Of a stretch of DNA of 64,000 nucleotides, positions 40,313 to 50,524 are shown in pieces; positions within the stretch are counted from its first letter, which is position 1; every line of letters begins with the position of its first letter. The notes below the pieces were generated by a model. That model did not search any database and was not told the DNA's origin. It was given only the letters and a program-made list of their open reading frames with translations. Origin of the DNA: Giardia intestinalis (lineage: Eukaryota); assembly GCA_000002435.2 (NCBI GenBank), contig CM018792.1. The stretch is one strand, 5' to 3'. The translations under genes and the position numbers were made by a program.

Positions 40313-41452
40313 ATGTCCCACCGCAAGTTCTCGTGCTGCCGCAAGGGCAACCTCGGCTACCTCCCCCGCAAGCGCTGCACGCGCGGCCGCGGGCGCTGCA
40401 AGACCTTCCCACCAGACGTCCAGGGCGCGCCCATCCACCTCACGGCCTTCCTCGGCTACAAGGCCGGCTGCACGCACGTCATGCGCTTCATCGACCACCG
40501 CGGCTCGAACCTCCACAACCGCCAGGCCATCGACCAGGCGACAATCATCGACGCCCCGCCAATGATCTGCACGGCCATCATCGGGTACGCCAAGACCCCG
40601 AAGGGCCTCCGCGCCGTGACGACCGTCTGGGCCGCCCACATCGCCGAGCCCGCCATGCGTCGCTTCTACCGCAACTACTTCCACGCGGAGAAGACGGCCT
40701 TCTCGACCTACATGAAGAAGGCCGCCGACGGCACATACATCAAGGAGCAGCTTGGGCGCCTTAAGCAGCACGCTGACGTCATCCGCATTGTCGCCCACAC
40801 CCAGCCTGCCCTGACGCCCCTGAAGCAAAAGAAGGCCGACATCATGGAAATCCAGGTCAACGGCGGAGCGAACGTGGCCGAGAAGGTCGACTATGCGTAC
40901 GCCCTCATGGAGAAGCCGATCTCGATCAAGGACGTCTTCAGCGTGGGAGCACAGATCGACACCATCTCCATCACGCGCGGCCGTGGGTTCGAAGGCGTCG
41001 TCACCCGCTGGGGCGTCACCCGTCTTCCGCGTAAGACCCGCCGCGGAAACCGCAAAGTTGCCTGCATCGGTGCCTGGCACCCGGCCAACGTCCAGTATAC
41101 TGTCGCCCGCGCCGGTCAGATGGGTTACTTCCACCGCACGGACACCAATAAGCAGGTCTTTATGATTGACACAGCGGAGAACCCCAGGTGCTGCACAACG
41201 GAGTTCGATCTGACAGACAAGAGCATCAACCCGGTCGGCGGCTTTGTCAACTACGGCCGCGTCCAGGGAGACTTCATCATGATCAAGGGCACGTGCCCAG
41301 GACCCAAGCGCCGCCCGGTTGTCATGCGCAATGCCCTCCTCCCTCACCGCAACTGTCCTCCGGTCCAGCTTCAGTGGATCAGCACGGCCTCCAAGTTCGG
41401 TCACGGTATCTTCGAGACCGTTGAGGAGCGCAGGCAGTTCTACGCCAAGTAG
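40313..41452 (+). CDS. RPL3: 60S ribosomal protein L3 (uL3)
   Basis: MSHRKFSCCRKGNLGYLPRKRC...HLTAFLGYKAGCTHV...VACIGAWHPANVQYTVARAGQMGYFHRTDTNK...SKFGHGIFETVEERRQFY matches eukaryotic L3 end to end. The true ATG is 40313. The track start 40235 is a GTG. Confidence 0.93.
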   Translation: MSHRKFSCCRKGNLGYLPRKRCTRGRGRCKTFPPDVQGAPIHLTAFLGYKAGCTHVMRFIDHRGSNLHNRQAIDQATIIDAPPMICTAIIGYAKTPKGLRAVTTVWAAHIAEPAMRRFYRNYFHAEKTAFSTYMKKAADGTYIKEQLGRLKQHADVIRIVAHTQPALTPLKQKKADIMEIQVNGGANVAEKVDYAYALMEKPISIKDVFSVGAQIDTISITRGRGFEGVVTRWGVTRLPRKTRRGNRKVACIGAWHPANVQYTVARAGQMGYFHRTDTNKQVFMIDTAENPRCCTTEFDLTDKSINPVGGFVNYGRVQGDFIMIKGTCPGPKRRPVVMRNALLPHRNCPPVQLQWISTASKFGHGIFETVEERRQFYAK

Positions 41453-41503
41453 GCCGACCGTGTGCCAAGTGAACCAGGCGCTCCTCCGTTTACTTTGCAA
41501 TGT

Positions 41504-42661
41504 CTACGCCAGCGCGACCAGGTACGATTGTTCCATGCTGACCGGAGAAGCGTGGCCTCCGATGAGTAGGAACGAGTTGCTAGTGACTTGGATACAAGAT
41601 CCCCCTGATCTTCCCGAAAATGGGTCGCCGGAAAGCTTCAAGCGGCGAGGCTCGAAGGTTCTTAGGTCGATAATCCATATGTCGTTGAATATGTCCCAAT
41701 CGTTGCGGCCTCCAATAACGAGCAAGTTGCTCCCAAATGCAAGAAGGCTTGCACCTCGTCGCGGGGATATCTCCTTTAAAGTGCGCTCGCCCCACTGCCC
41801 GTTGACCAGGTCATAGTAGAAGAGCGTGTTATAGTGCCTCCTCTGGTCCAGCCCCCCAAAGAAGTAAACCGTCTCCTCAACCAGGGCCGAGCTGACGCTC
41901 CCCACGGCAATCGGTGGCTTGAGAACGCGAGTCACGGTTTGATCATCAAAGTCCACGATAAAAGCGTCTCCACACGGCACCTTCCGCTTACCGATCCCTC
42001 CATAGAGCAGAGCTTTGCAGCTAGAGATCTTGCAGAAATTGTGGGAATAGCGTGGAGAGATGTGGTCGCCGGCCAGCTTTATCTCAGACGTCTTATATGT
42101 GAAGGGATCAATAGCGTCGACCTTCATGGGGTCAACCTTGCTGCAGGCGTTCCAATACGAAGTTAGGCCCCCGTGGATCAAGTAAAGCTTTTTATACTCG
42201 CAGGCAGCAAAGAGCATGCGAGGCTCGATAGACGGGATCTCCTGGGTCTCAACCAGAATCTCTCCGTAAGATTGGGGAACAAACATATAAAACCTAGACT
42301 TAGGCGGGCTTCCTCCACTGAAATAGTAACACATACTTCGAATGCGAATGATCGGCGCGGTGATCGTTCTTTTAGGAACGCCTAGACGAGTAACTGTCCC
42401 TGTGCCAAAGGAGGCTTGGGAAGGAGAAAACTCCAGCACCTCTCCCAAAAAGGCCGTCTGCGATTCTTCGCTAGTCTTATGCTTGGCCAAATCCACAGGT
42501 GATGCGTGCTTTTCCTGTGGTGAGATCAGACCACATTTCATGTTAATTTGTCCTTTCTCACCAGAAAAAGTAATATTGCTCAAAGGAGGTATCACCGTCA
42601 ACCTTTTGGTATAGGCGCGTTTTCTACCCTTGGCTAGTAGGTGGCTGTGCCTGTACACCAT
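41504..42661 (-). CDS. Kelch-repeat protein (385 aa)
   Basis: Repeated ...Y.FGG / LLVIGG / LIHGG / LLYGG beta-propeller blade signatures with W/Y spacing. ATG at 42659-42661. Confidence 0.7.
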   Translation of the reverse strand: MVYRHSHLLAKGRKRAYTKRLTVIPPLSNITFSGEKGQINMKCGLISPQEKHASPVDLAKHKTSEESQTAFLGEVLEFSPSQASFGTGTVTRLGVPKRTITAPIIRIRSMCYYFSGGSPPKSRFYMFVPQSYGEILVETQEIPSIEPRMLFAACEYKKLYLIHGGLTSYWNACSKVDPMKVDAIDPFTYKTSEIKLAGDHISPRYSHNFCKISSCKALLYGGIGKRKVPCGDAFIVDFDDQTVTRVLKPPIAVGSVSSALVEETVYFFGGLDQRRHYNTLFYYDLVNGQWGERTLKEISPRRGASLLAFGSNLLVIGGRNDWDIFNDIWIIDLRTFEPRRLKLSGDPFSGRSGGSCIQVTSNSFLLIGGHASPVSMEQSYLVALA

Positions 42662-42976
42662 CCAGGACGTAGATATTTAAATTGGGGGATAGGACGGATA
42701 TCACCCTACGACTCTTATCGTCCCATGCCTGCCGGGAATTGTAGTAAGGGATAATTAGTGCAGATCCAGTAATAGGATAGGAGGAGGATATACCACTAAA
42801 TCCTGGACATTAGGCTCATTTTGTAAAACATGCAGGCCTGCGTTTTTCACTCTTTAGCCAATGCACATAAAATTATCAGACACGATTAATTACGAAGAAC
42901 TTTTGCGGGGGTAAGTGTAGAATGACCAGCTAGCTGTAGCTACTTACTGCTACCGCAGAAAAAGCCATGGCGAAGG

Positions 42977-45508
42977 ATGAGCACTGCCGACGTTTATGGG
43001 TTGGCCTTCGGGTCTATACTTTTAATTAGCGTATCCATATCGTGCGGTGCTCTTGTCATTTTTGGTGGATTGAGGCATGCATTCCCGGAGATTTTTCAGC
43101 CACAGCGGCACAGACAGCACACCCTTAGCAGATTTCCTTGGTTCATCGACGTCTTTATTCGTCCTCTGGAGGAGTTTGCGAGGAGGGGAGATCTAGTGCT
43201 TCTTTATATCCTGCATCAGACTGCAGTTATCATCATGCTCTTCATTCTCTCGTCATTCAGTGTGCTGGTCTTGATTCCCGTATACTGGCGTGGCACCATG
43301 CAGGGGAGCCTGGGCTCCGGGTGGTCATCCATAACTATCTCTCATCTGGAAGGAAATTGCTTGGCGTATCTCTTCCCGTTAGTAGCAACGTTCATCTATA
43401 TGTTTATAATTCTGTTCTATTATACCCAACTCAGAAGCTTCTGCGTGCGCATTCAGCAGAGCCTACCACCTCCACGCTACGTACTTCTTCTTCACCTTCC
43501 CAAAGAGCTTCGCTACATACAACCGCTTCAGACAGCGTGCCAGCTAATGTACGGAGAAACATTGCGCTGGATAATACCCGTAACGCAGCGTTTTCATACT
43601 GCTGTTAGATGCATCAAAAAGCAAGACCGCCTAGTACACCGAGCAAGCGTAAAGCTCTGCGAATGCGAATGGTACAGTTGCGCCTTGCAAAAGGAAATGC
43701 AGATGATGACAACGCGCGGGCCGCTGCTTAACAAGCTACTTAATATGAAGCGGATACGAGCCGCTAAAAGATTTGGACGGAGCAAATATTCCTTTAGCCA
43801 GCTTCTCCATAAGTTGGATGGAGCGCAAGAAGAGCTGGACCTCATACTTTTGGGGCAGCCAATTAGCTCCGCGCAATATCAACTGCGCATGGAGCAGATA
43901 GAGTACCCTGACTTTTCTGACTACCAGTGCCTACGTGCACTAGGCAGTGATGCGTGTGAGAGGAATGATTGGCATGAGCACCCTTCAGAGGATTCTACCA
44001 ATTTAACTCAGTGGTTCCGAGGGCTTAAGGTCATGTCTGCAGTGCTTGAATTTCAAGATCCAGCTGCTGCGCACAAGGCGGCACAGATGTCTTTCTCTTC
44101 TAACGCATTTAAGCCTAGGGTCCTCGCTGTCTCTCCTCAGCATGTTGTGTGGAGTAACCTTCAAGTACCCGAAACGCTTCGTGCAGCCTTTCAGGTCCTA
44201 TATGTTCTGCTAGTGTTAATATACCTAACCATATACTTCTTTCCGTCCACAACTCTCGTCAATCTTGTTAACAAACATTCAGCCACATGGTTTCAACAGA
44301 TTTACGGAGGCATGTGCTCACCCCAAAGAAACAGGTGCAAGGCCCAGCCATCCATCAGTGGCGAGACAAGGAGCTCGATTGGCAGCACGACTTGCTATGC
44401 GTGTTACAAAATTACAAGCTACATGATAGTCTTTTTGCCGACGGTGATAACGACTAGCCTCAATTCGTTGCTTCCTGTAGTAATTGGTAGCCTTGCACAG
44501 CTCTGCAGGCCAATGTTTATAACCTCATTACGGATAGTTGAATACCAGACGATATTTTTGTTTCTCATCATCATTCAAGGAGCTCTTCAGATTGTGCTAC
44601 CGTCACTGCTGTCCAATGCTGGCGTTCTCGACTACTCCATCCTCTTGACTTATTCTCTTAATCAGATCCTCAGCCAGATTGGACGCAACATGCCCAATCA
44701 AGTGTTTTCTTTTCTTACATACGTGTGTACTAAGTACTTTGTATTCAGCATACTTTCTCTTTTCCGGCCAGTGGACATTTTGACAACGATATTTAACAAA
44801 ATTGTATATCAGCGCTCGTATTGGCCCATCCGTTCTTATAGGGCAGCCGCACGCTTTAACCTAGCAAAGCTCTGCGCATATAGCTCACACATGTTATGCA
44901 TAGGCTTTCTTTTTGGCATAATAGCTCCGATATCTCTTCCAGTGGTAACTATGGCATACACACTGATGGCAGCAGTTGATAGGCACAATATTCTGTATGT
45001 ACATCCAGTCGATGATGAAAGCTGGTTATCACCAGCTCCAAACATTCTCTTTTTCCTCCAAAACACTATCTTTGTCGGGTTCACCTTCATGCTTGTTGCA
45101 ACTGGTGCATACTATCTCCTTCTGACGGGATGGGTGCGAATAGTATGCTTCTCAGCTAATGTGCTCTTCCTCGCTATCTCGATATTTGTCAAAAAGACCC
45201 ACGACAGGAAGTACAAGCCAAATCCCAGGTATACGGGAGCGTGGAAGGAGACTGGAGTGGATAGAAAGAGCATATTTCAGGTTGATGAGAGCGTTTGGAA
45301 AGTGGACAGCTACCGCGGAAGATTGGAGTGGGGTAGAGTGGACAAGTTTAATGCGATAGGGGAAGAACGGCGTAGATTGGATATAGCAACCAGCGCTAAT
45401 GAAGTAGGGACACTGAGAGTTGGCGAGCACTCACTCAGTACCTTTGAGCGACTAGCTTGTTACACCAGAGTGCACACCATGGCAAGGGAGAGTGCTGACA
45501 ATCAGTGA
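42977..45508 (+). CDS. multi-pass membrane protein of the OSCA/TMEM63/CSC1 (DUF221) channel family
   Basis: Topology runs N-terminal TM, then TM cluster, then a ~250 aa cytosolic insert, then a C-terminal 7-8 TM block. The hallmark motif VSPQHVVWSNLQVPETLRAAFQ is of the AP.P.DV.W.NL.IP type and precedes the C-terminal TM block. Confidence 0.55.
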   Translation: MSTADVYGLAFGSILLISVSISCGALVIFGGLRHAFPEIFQPQRHRQHTLSRFPWFIDVFIRPLEEFARRGDLVLLYILHQTAVIIMLFILSSFSVLVLIPVYWRGTMQGSLGSGWSSITISHLEGNCLAYLFPLVATFIYMFIILFYYTQLRSFCVRIQQSLPPPRYVLLLHLPKELRYIQPLQTACQLMYGETLRWIIPVTQRFHTAVRCIKKQDRLVHRASVKLCECEWYSCALQKEMQMMTTRGPLLNKLLNMKRIRAAKRFGRSKYSFSQLLHKLDGAQEELDLILLGQPISSAQYQLRMEQIEYPDFSDYQCLRALGSDACERNDWHEHPSEDSTNLTQWFRGLKVMSAVLEFQDPAAAHKAAQMSFSSNAFKPRVLAVSPQHVVWSNLQVPETLRAAFQVLYVLLVLIYLTIYFFPSTTLVNLVNKHSATWFQQIYGGMCSPQRNRCKAQPSISGETRSSIGSTTCYACYKITSYMIVFLPTVITTSLNSLLPVVIGSLAQLCRPMFITSLRIVEYQTIFLFLIIIQGALQIVLPSLLSNAGVLDYSILLTYSLNQILSQIGRNMPNQVFSFLTYVCTKYFVFSILSLFRPVDILTTIFNKIVYQRSYWPIRSYRAAARFNLAKLCAYSSHMLCIGFLFGIIAPISLPVVTMAYTLMAAVDRHNILYVHPVDDESWLSPAPNILFFLQNTIFVGFTFMLVATGAYYLLLTGWVRIVCFSANVLFLAISIFVKKTHDRKYKPNPRYTGAWKETGVDRKSIFQVDESVWKVDSYRGRLEWGRVDKFNAIGEERRRLDIATSANEVGTLRVGEHSLSTFERLACYTRVHTMARESADNQ

Positions 45509-46038
45509 ATGAAATCGGTAATAGACAATCCAAACTGATTCATGGTTGCAGATCCCAGTGAGGCGCATTGGGAAGAAGGATTGCGAGATTTTTTGGTGAG
45601 GATGGAGCTTAATTTGTTAGCAGGTCTGCTAGCCCCACTGGAGGCGGCGAATAAAGCTGCTGCGCCGTTTGCGAGATTGCATACTGACTTCTCCTTTTCT
45701 TGAACTAACCGCACAGACCTACCGCAGGCTGTGCAGTGAAGTAAAGCGTAATCTGGTCTAGGATGTTTGTGTGTAATTCTGCGTCCTAGGGAAATCCTAG
45801 TGGAGACTCGCGGCCCAGGAGAGACTATCTCTATACTGTCTAAGTCAATGCTATGGCCACAAAGCGTGCATACCAGTGGAAGGGTGGAATCAACGTTTCC
45901 ACCTACAGCATTCTCTGCAGCACGCATTAGCTCTGCTGAATAGGTGGTTGACGTCTTTAGAACATGCAGCGATAGCGTGGCAAGATGCTGGGCCTTCGCT
46001 TCTTCAAGGGCAGGGTTTGATAAGTCTTCTTCGGTCAT
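45502..46038 (-). CDS. zinc-ribbon protein (CxxC...CxxC), possibly RNase P/MRP subunit Rpr2/Rpp21-like
   Basis: CTLCGH ... (27 aa) ... CTACGR paired CxxC. N-terminal helical segment. ATG at 46036-46038 behind an AT-rich leader. The track start is a GTG. It overlaps the OSCA stop by 7 nt, in convergent orientation. Confidence 0.4.
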   Translation of the reverse strand: MTEEDLSNPALEEAKAQHLATLSLHVLKTSTTYSAELMRAAENAVGGNVDSTLPLVCTLCGHSIDLDSIEIVSPGPRVSTRISLGRRITHKHPRPDYALLHCTACGRSVRLVQEKEKSVCNLANGAAALFAASSGASRPANKLSSILTKKSRNPSSQCASLGSATMNQFGLSITDFIH

Positions 46039-46445
46039 AACTAACTTGCAAAAACAAGTTTTTGACTGCTGTACCACGAATATAAAGTCCGATCAGTATT
46101 CACTGAAGACAATCCTGCTATGCTTGACATTCTGCACTTCCTGCAGAGTAAGGTGCAGACTCCTTTTAAACTCTACAAATTGGTTAGATTGCCGTTAAAG
46201 TTGGCGTGGGTATATGCAATAAGAAGACTCCGCTGCTAGCCTGCCACTTCATAAGCGTGTCTGTCCACCGTGTACCTGCACGGCACAGTGGTCACTACCT
46301 ACAAGCTTTTCAGAAATAGCTGATAGCAAGCTCCTCCTAGATCGAGACAGCTTTGCTTTCGAGGGCAGCTGCGTTCAGAGCCTACGCATGGCATCTTTAT
46401 TCCTGATAGAACCTGCCGCAAACTAACCATTTAAATAATTACTAG

Positions 46446-47723
46446 ATGAACGCGCCAAAAAAGACCCGAAAGCCGTCTATCACCAAAGCTGAAAGCACTC
46501 CTCCTTCTCTCCCTCAGCAGGGGCTTCTTTATACAAACTATCCAGATCTAGGAAAGAATACAAAGGTATACTACTCGACACAGCTAGTGGAATCTCCCGA
46601 ACGTCATAGTTTAGTAGAGCTGAACAAACGGCGAGCAGCTAAGGAATCTCACGCGCTCACTTTGCGGAAGCGGTCTATGACTCACTTGTTTGGAATAACC
46701 GCATCTAGAAGGAACACCCTCCAGGCCTTTGATGAGGTCAATTCCTACACACATTTGAAGCAGATCAACCAGGCCCAGGCAATACGGCTGTCCTTAGCGG
46801 GCAAAAATCGAACAGCCGATAGCGAATATGCGGCCTTGTCGGCAGTCTCACAAACGAGGCTGCTGTATACGCATCCCAAGGCAGAGGCTATTCTCGGCAT
46901 GTCGCAGGTGGAACATGAGCGCTATAATGCACTTCGAGCAGGTGCAGCAATCCCACAAGGGGCACATGGAGAAACTGTTACCGGAGCCACTCTCATGACT
47001 GAGCTGCCACCCGAGACATGGGGAGGCACAGAAGATGTCAGTGGTGAGGCTGATTGTAAGCAGGATCTTCTTAGCGAGCAAGAGCAGCAGCTTCTTAGCA
47101 CTAGGGCAACGGTCTGCGATACTGATGTGACAATGAATGCAGAACTGAGCGTCAAAGAAGCTTATTCTGATTACCTTACTATCGAGGACCTTGCCTTTAG
47201 TCATGCTGGGAATGAGGCTAGGAAAAGGCCCAGAGCCGAACAATTGGCTAACCTGGAGAGGCAACGGCTGATAGCAAAGATAGAGTCTGCGTGTATCCCA
47301 CCAAATGTCAAAATAACATCATCCATAGGAGTCCGTGAGATGGCACTTAAGCCTATACAATCCATACCCTCTACGCTTGTCACATCAAGTCAGGTTCTAG
47401 ACCGGTCAACCCGATCGTTGAAAAACGTTCAGTCAACAACGGCATATGTTAACAAGCTGGTAAGGTCTTGTACAGAGACAACCTACCTGCCTGCGTCAGG
47501 GGGTAGGGAGGACAGGATTCGGCATTCTATCCCATCTTCCCATAGGTTTGTTACGACAGAGGCCTCGACAATGAAAGACCTCATTCACTTTATTCCAGAT
47601 AATTCTCAAGACATGCGAAAACGGAGCAGAGAATCGATTATAGAGCTTTCAGGATCGGGAGGTCCTCGTGTTGCAGATGTGCTTGATGTTCTAGTTTGGT
47701 CTAGGAGATCAACTGCCACATAG
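46446..47723 (+). CDS. hypothetical protein (425 aa)
   Basis: ATG at 46446 directly behind CCATTTAAATAATTACTAG, a strong AT initiator. No domain recognised. Confidence 0.45.
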   Translation: MNAPKKTRKPSITKAESTPPSLPQQGLLYTNYPDLGKNTKVYYSTQLVESPERHSLVELNKRRAAKESHALTLRKRSMTHLFGITASRRNTLQAFDEVNSYTHLKQINQAQAIRLSLAGKNRTADSEYAALSAVSQTRLLYTHPKAEAILGMSQVEHERYNALRAGAAIPQGAHGETVTGATLMTELPPETWGGTEDVSGEADCKQDLLSEQEQQLLSTRATVCDTDVTMNAELSVKEAYSDYLTIEDLAFSHAGNEARKRPRAEQLANLERQRLIAKIESACIPPNVKITSSIGVREMALKPIQSIPSTLVTSSQVLDRSTRSLKNVQSTTAYVNKLVRSCTETTYLPASGGREDRIRHSIPSSHRFVTTEASTMKDLIHFIPDNSQDMRKRSRESIIELSGSGGPRVADVLDVLVWSRRSTAT

Positions 47724-47765
47724 ATCCGTGGACCAATTAGCTAAGTAGCTAGAGAATATCGATAT

Positions 47766-48959
47766 TCACTCACCGGGGGGAAGAAGCATGGTCCTTAGGC
47801 GTGAGTCCTGCACTTCTTGTATCTGTGCACGCTTATCCTCCAGCTCAGAATCACTAAGGCTCATATCGCTTGGCTCTTCATTCAGTCCGTCACTCTCTCT
47901 ATACGCAATGCGCCTTATAAAATGATCCCAACTGGCAAACACGACCATATCCAACTCCTTGTCTCCAGACGCTTGTGTTACCACCTGTGGAACCAGGTTG
48001 ACTGCACATATTCCGTCGAAGAACCGTCTAGATGACCTTGCTTCCTGTAGTTTGCCATGGCAAGTCAAAAAGACCAATCTTTTGCTTCGTAAGCCGATAA
48101 CTATGTGCCCAGTCTTCGAAACAATCTCTTCGTCGCTTGGAAATGCCCAGTCCAAGGCCCAATCCTCTAGCTCGATGCTATACAAATGTGTTTCTTGCTG
48201 ATTCTTCAAGGACCCAGCTAGTTCTGTCTTTTCGCCTGTTTCAGAGTAAAGCTTCTCTAAGAACATGGCCAGTGGAAGCTCAACGCCTCGGATGTGCTTG
48301 TCTGCGCAGGCTGTCCACAGGATTTCTCCTGCAAACTTCACTAGCAGTACGTTGGTAGGATGCGGTTGGAGGCGGTAGATGACTTCCATTGTGTTTCCAT
48401 CAATCACAACAGTTGCGCCATCAGAGCAGGCAGCTGCAAGAAGGATGTGACCATCTCCTGATAGAGGAAGAAGACACAGAGAGTTGACAGCCCTCTGAGA
48501 GATAGATATTGTCGCTGACGTGATATACGGACTTTCCTGAATGGGTGTATTAGGCTCGAATGCCTGCTTATTCCTAGAGATGTCCCACCTGGAGACATAA
48601 CCGTCGGCAGATCCGCTGAAGATATAGTGCTCGTCGTGTGAAAAGATCATGCATTTGACAAAGTCGTTGTGTGAGGTCAATCCGGGACCAGGAGCAAAGA
48701 TCGCGTTGTCAACGATGGTTCTGTCCACTATGGAAAAGCACAGGATCCGTTTGTCCCAGCTTCCCGTGTACATGTGCCGTTTATTTTGCGAAAGAAGAAT
48801 GCAGACTACAGGCCCGGTATGGCCCTCGTAAGAGCGTACCAGTCTGCCTGTTTTCCAGTTAAAGCAGCGCACCTGATGTGTTGCCAGACCGATAAATGTA
48901 TATGGGCCATTAGTGACCGCCGAAACGATCTTGCTCTTGCAGTCTATTTGGTGAAGCAT
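47766..48959 (-). CDS. WD40-repeat protein (397 aa)
   Basis: GHTGPVVCI, TGSWDKRILCF and SGSADGYVSRWD are WD repeat signatures. ATG at 48957-48959. It shares an AT-rich spacer (GGATTTTAAAACTTCTTTAAATAAGAG) with the divergent 49034 gene. Confidence 0.7.
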   Translation of the reverse strand: MLHQIDCKSKIVSAVTNGPYTFIGLATHQVRCFNWKTGRLVRSYEGHTGPVVCILLSQNKRHMYTGSWDKRILCFSIVDRTIVDNAIFAPGPGLTSHNDFVKCMIFSHDEHYIFSGSADGYVSRWDISRNKQAFEPNTPIQESPYITSATISISQRAVNSLCLLPLSGDGHILLAAACSDGATVVIDGNTMEVIYRLQPHPTNVLLVKFAGEILWTACADKHIRGVELPLAMFLEKLYSETGEKTELAGSLKNQQETHLYSIELEDWALDWAFPSDEEIVSKTGHIVIGLRSKRLVFLTCHGKLQEARSSRRFFDGICAVNLVPQVVTQASGDKELDMVVFASWDHFIRRIAYRESDGLNEEPSDMSLSDSELEDKRAQIQEVQDSRLRTMLLPPGE

Positions 48960-49033
48960 GGATCCAGCGCTAGGTGGGACGGATTTTAAAACTTCTTTAA
49001 ATAAGAGACTCTTTTAGACCATCTCAAGAGGAG

Positions 49034-50524
49034 ATGCATACGGGGCCTATTAGTGCCAATGCAGCAACCCGCAATAGCCATAGAAGGCTGCTCATACCGC
49101 TTCCTTCTAACTCTTTTTTACCTCCGCTGCTCTCTCAAAATTGTCTCCAAGCTTTTGTTGCTATGCGCCACGTCAATATAACACCTATTTATAGCGTTTC
49201 TCCCTGCAGTGATAAGGTGCTTCAGGTTTGTACTGAGCCGTGCGTTTCATGCACACTACGTCACGTAATCGACGAGCTTTCGTTTTTGGAGAGTGAATGT
49301 GGCATTAGGCTGGCAGCATCCATTTTTGTCGGGGCCTTGGAAGCATTGGCTTATTTAGCTTGTCTCAGTAGAGTGTGGGGACTAGAGTTAGACATTCAGA
49401 ATATAAATTGGCTGGATATGTTATGCGTAGATGACAGAGGGCAGTGGAAAATAATTGCCCATAAGATGAGTTCTTATCGGGGTGGTCACAAGCCATGCAA
49501 TAGCATATCAGGCACACATACGCCTTCTAATAACTTTCGTACTTGTGATGAAATAGCCCACATGTGTTTACCCGGTATGCAGTCACTGGGACTTATTATA
49601 TTGAATTTACTAGTTGCTGGGTCTCGCATTGACCTAGAGGAAAGTATAACGCTACGAAGTTGGAATAAACTTCAAACGGATATTGCATGCTCCCGAAACA
49701 AACACGAGATTCCTGACCTAAGGCTTTTCATTGATACGCTCAGTATCATATGGGACGAAAACTTCAACCAGCCTGTACATCCATATCACATACTCACGCG
49801 CCTTCTGCCCATTCTTCAGACATACATGAAAGACGAATCTACTAAAAGCGGAGCAGTGGACCCTGAACACAGAAGAAAATCAAAATACTCTCCGCTTATG
49901 CTCGGTGTCTTATCCAAAGACTATGAGCTCGTGCAAAGACACATTTCGTATGCAGGTTGTAGAACAGCATCAGGAATGACAGCCCTTATGATGGCGGCAA
50001 GAGACAATTTTGTAGAAGCCGTACAGATTCTACTTCCCCATGAAGCACACTATAAAACGTTTTTAGGGACTAGATTTGAGAGTAGAACAGCACTGATGTT
50101 CGCAACCCACAACCGCAACTACGACTCCATGCATATACTCTATGAGCAAGAAGCTGGAATCGCTAATGTCTATGGGGCCACATCCTTAATGCGTGCAGCT
50201 CAAAATGGAGATTGTGTAGCAGTTGAGATACTCATGAAGCGCGAAGCAGGAATGGCTAACTACACAGGGTTTACGGCACTGATGAATGGAGCCACAAAAG
50301 GCTTCACCAAAATTGTAAGTTTGCTGCTCCCATTTGAAGCAGGAGGAGTTACAAATGATAAGCACGAATGGGGAAAGGGCCATTCTGCCCTTTCGCTGGC
50401 GGCAATGAATGCTAACAAAGAGGTAGTTTTGTTGTTATATGAAGTTGAGCGACAGTTACTTAAGTCTCGGTGCATATTAACATCCGGAAAAACAGTGATA
50501 GAGGAGCTTATTGAAGGAAAGTAG
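49034..50524 (+). CDS. ankyrin-repeat protein, Giardia Protein 21.1 type (496 aa)
   Basis: At least five tandem ANK repeats in the C-terminal half: G(M/A/F)TALM.AA..N....V..LL. The ~280 aa N-terminal domain lacks kinase catalytic motifs. Confidence 0.75.
   Translation: MHTGPISANAATRNSHRRLLIPLPSNSFLPPLLSQNCLQAFVAMRHVNITPIYSVSPCSDKVLQVCTEPCVSCTLRHVIDELSFLESECGIRLAASIFVGALEALAYLACLSRVWGLELDIQNINWLDMLCVDDRGQWKIIAHKMSSYRGGHKPCNSISGTHTPSNNFRTCDEIAHMCLPGMQSLGLIILNLLVAGSRIDLEESITLRSWNKLQTDIACSRNKHEIPDLRLFIDTLSIIWDENFNQPVHPYHILTRLLPILQTYMKDESTKSGAVDPEHRRKSKYSPLMLGVLSKDYELVQRHISYAGCRTASGMTALMMAARDNFVEAVQILLPHEAHYKTFLGTRFESRTALMFATHNRNYDSMHILYEQEAGIANVYGATSLMRAAQNGDCVAVEILMKREAGMANYTGFTALMNGATKGFTKIVSLLLPFEAGGVTNDKHEWGKGHSALSLAAMNANKEVVLLLYEVERQLLKSRCILTSGKTVIEELIEGK

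Noticed and set aside
40196-41500. 434-aa ORF antisense to RPL3, plus overlapping 40333..40764 and 40893..41165 frames
   Set aside because: Same GC3 artefact as the RPL7 antisense ORF. Arg/Ala/Gly-rich nonsense composition. RPL3 on the plus strand is unambiguous.
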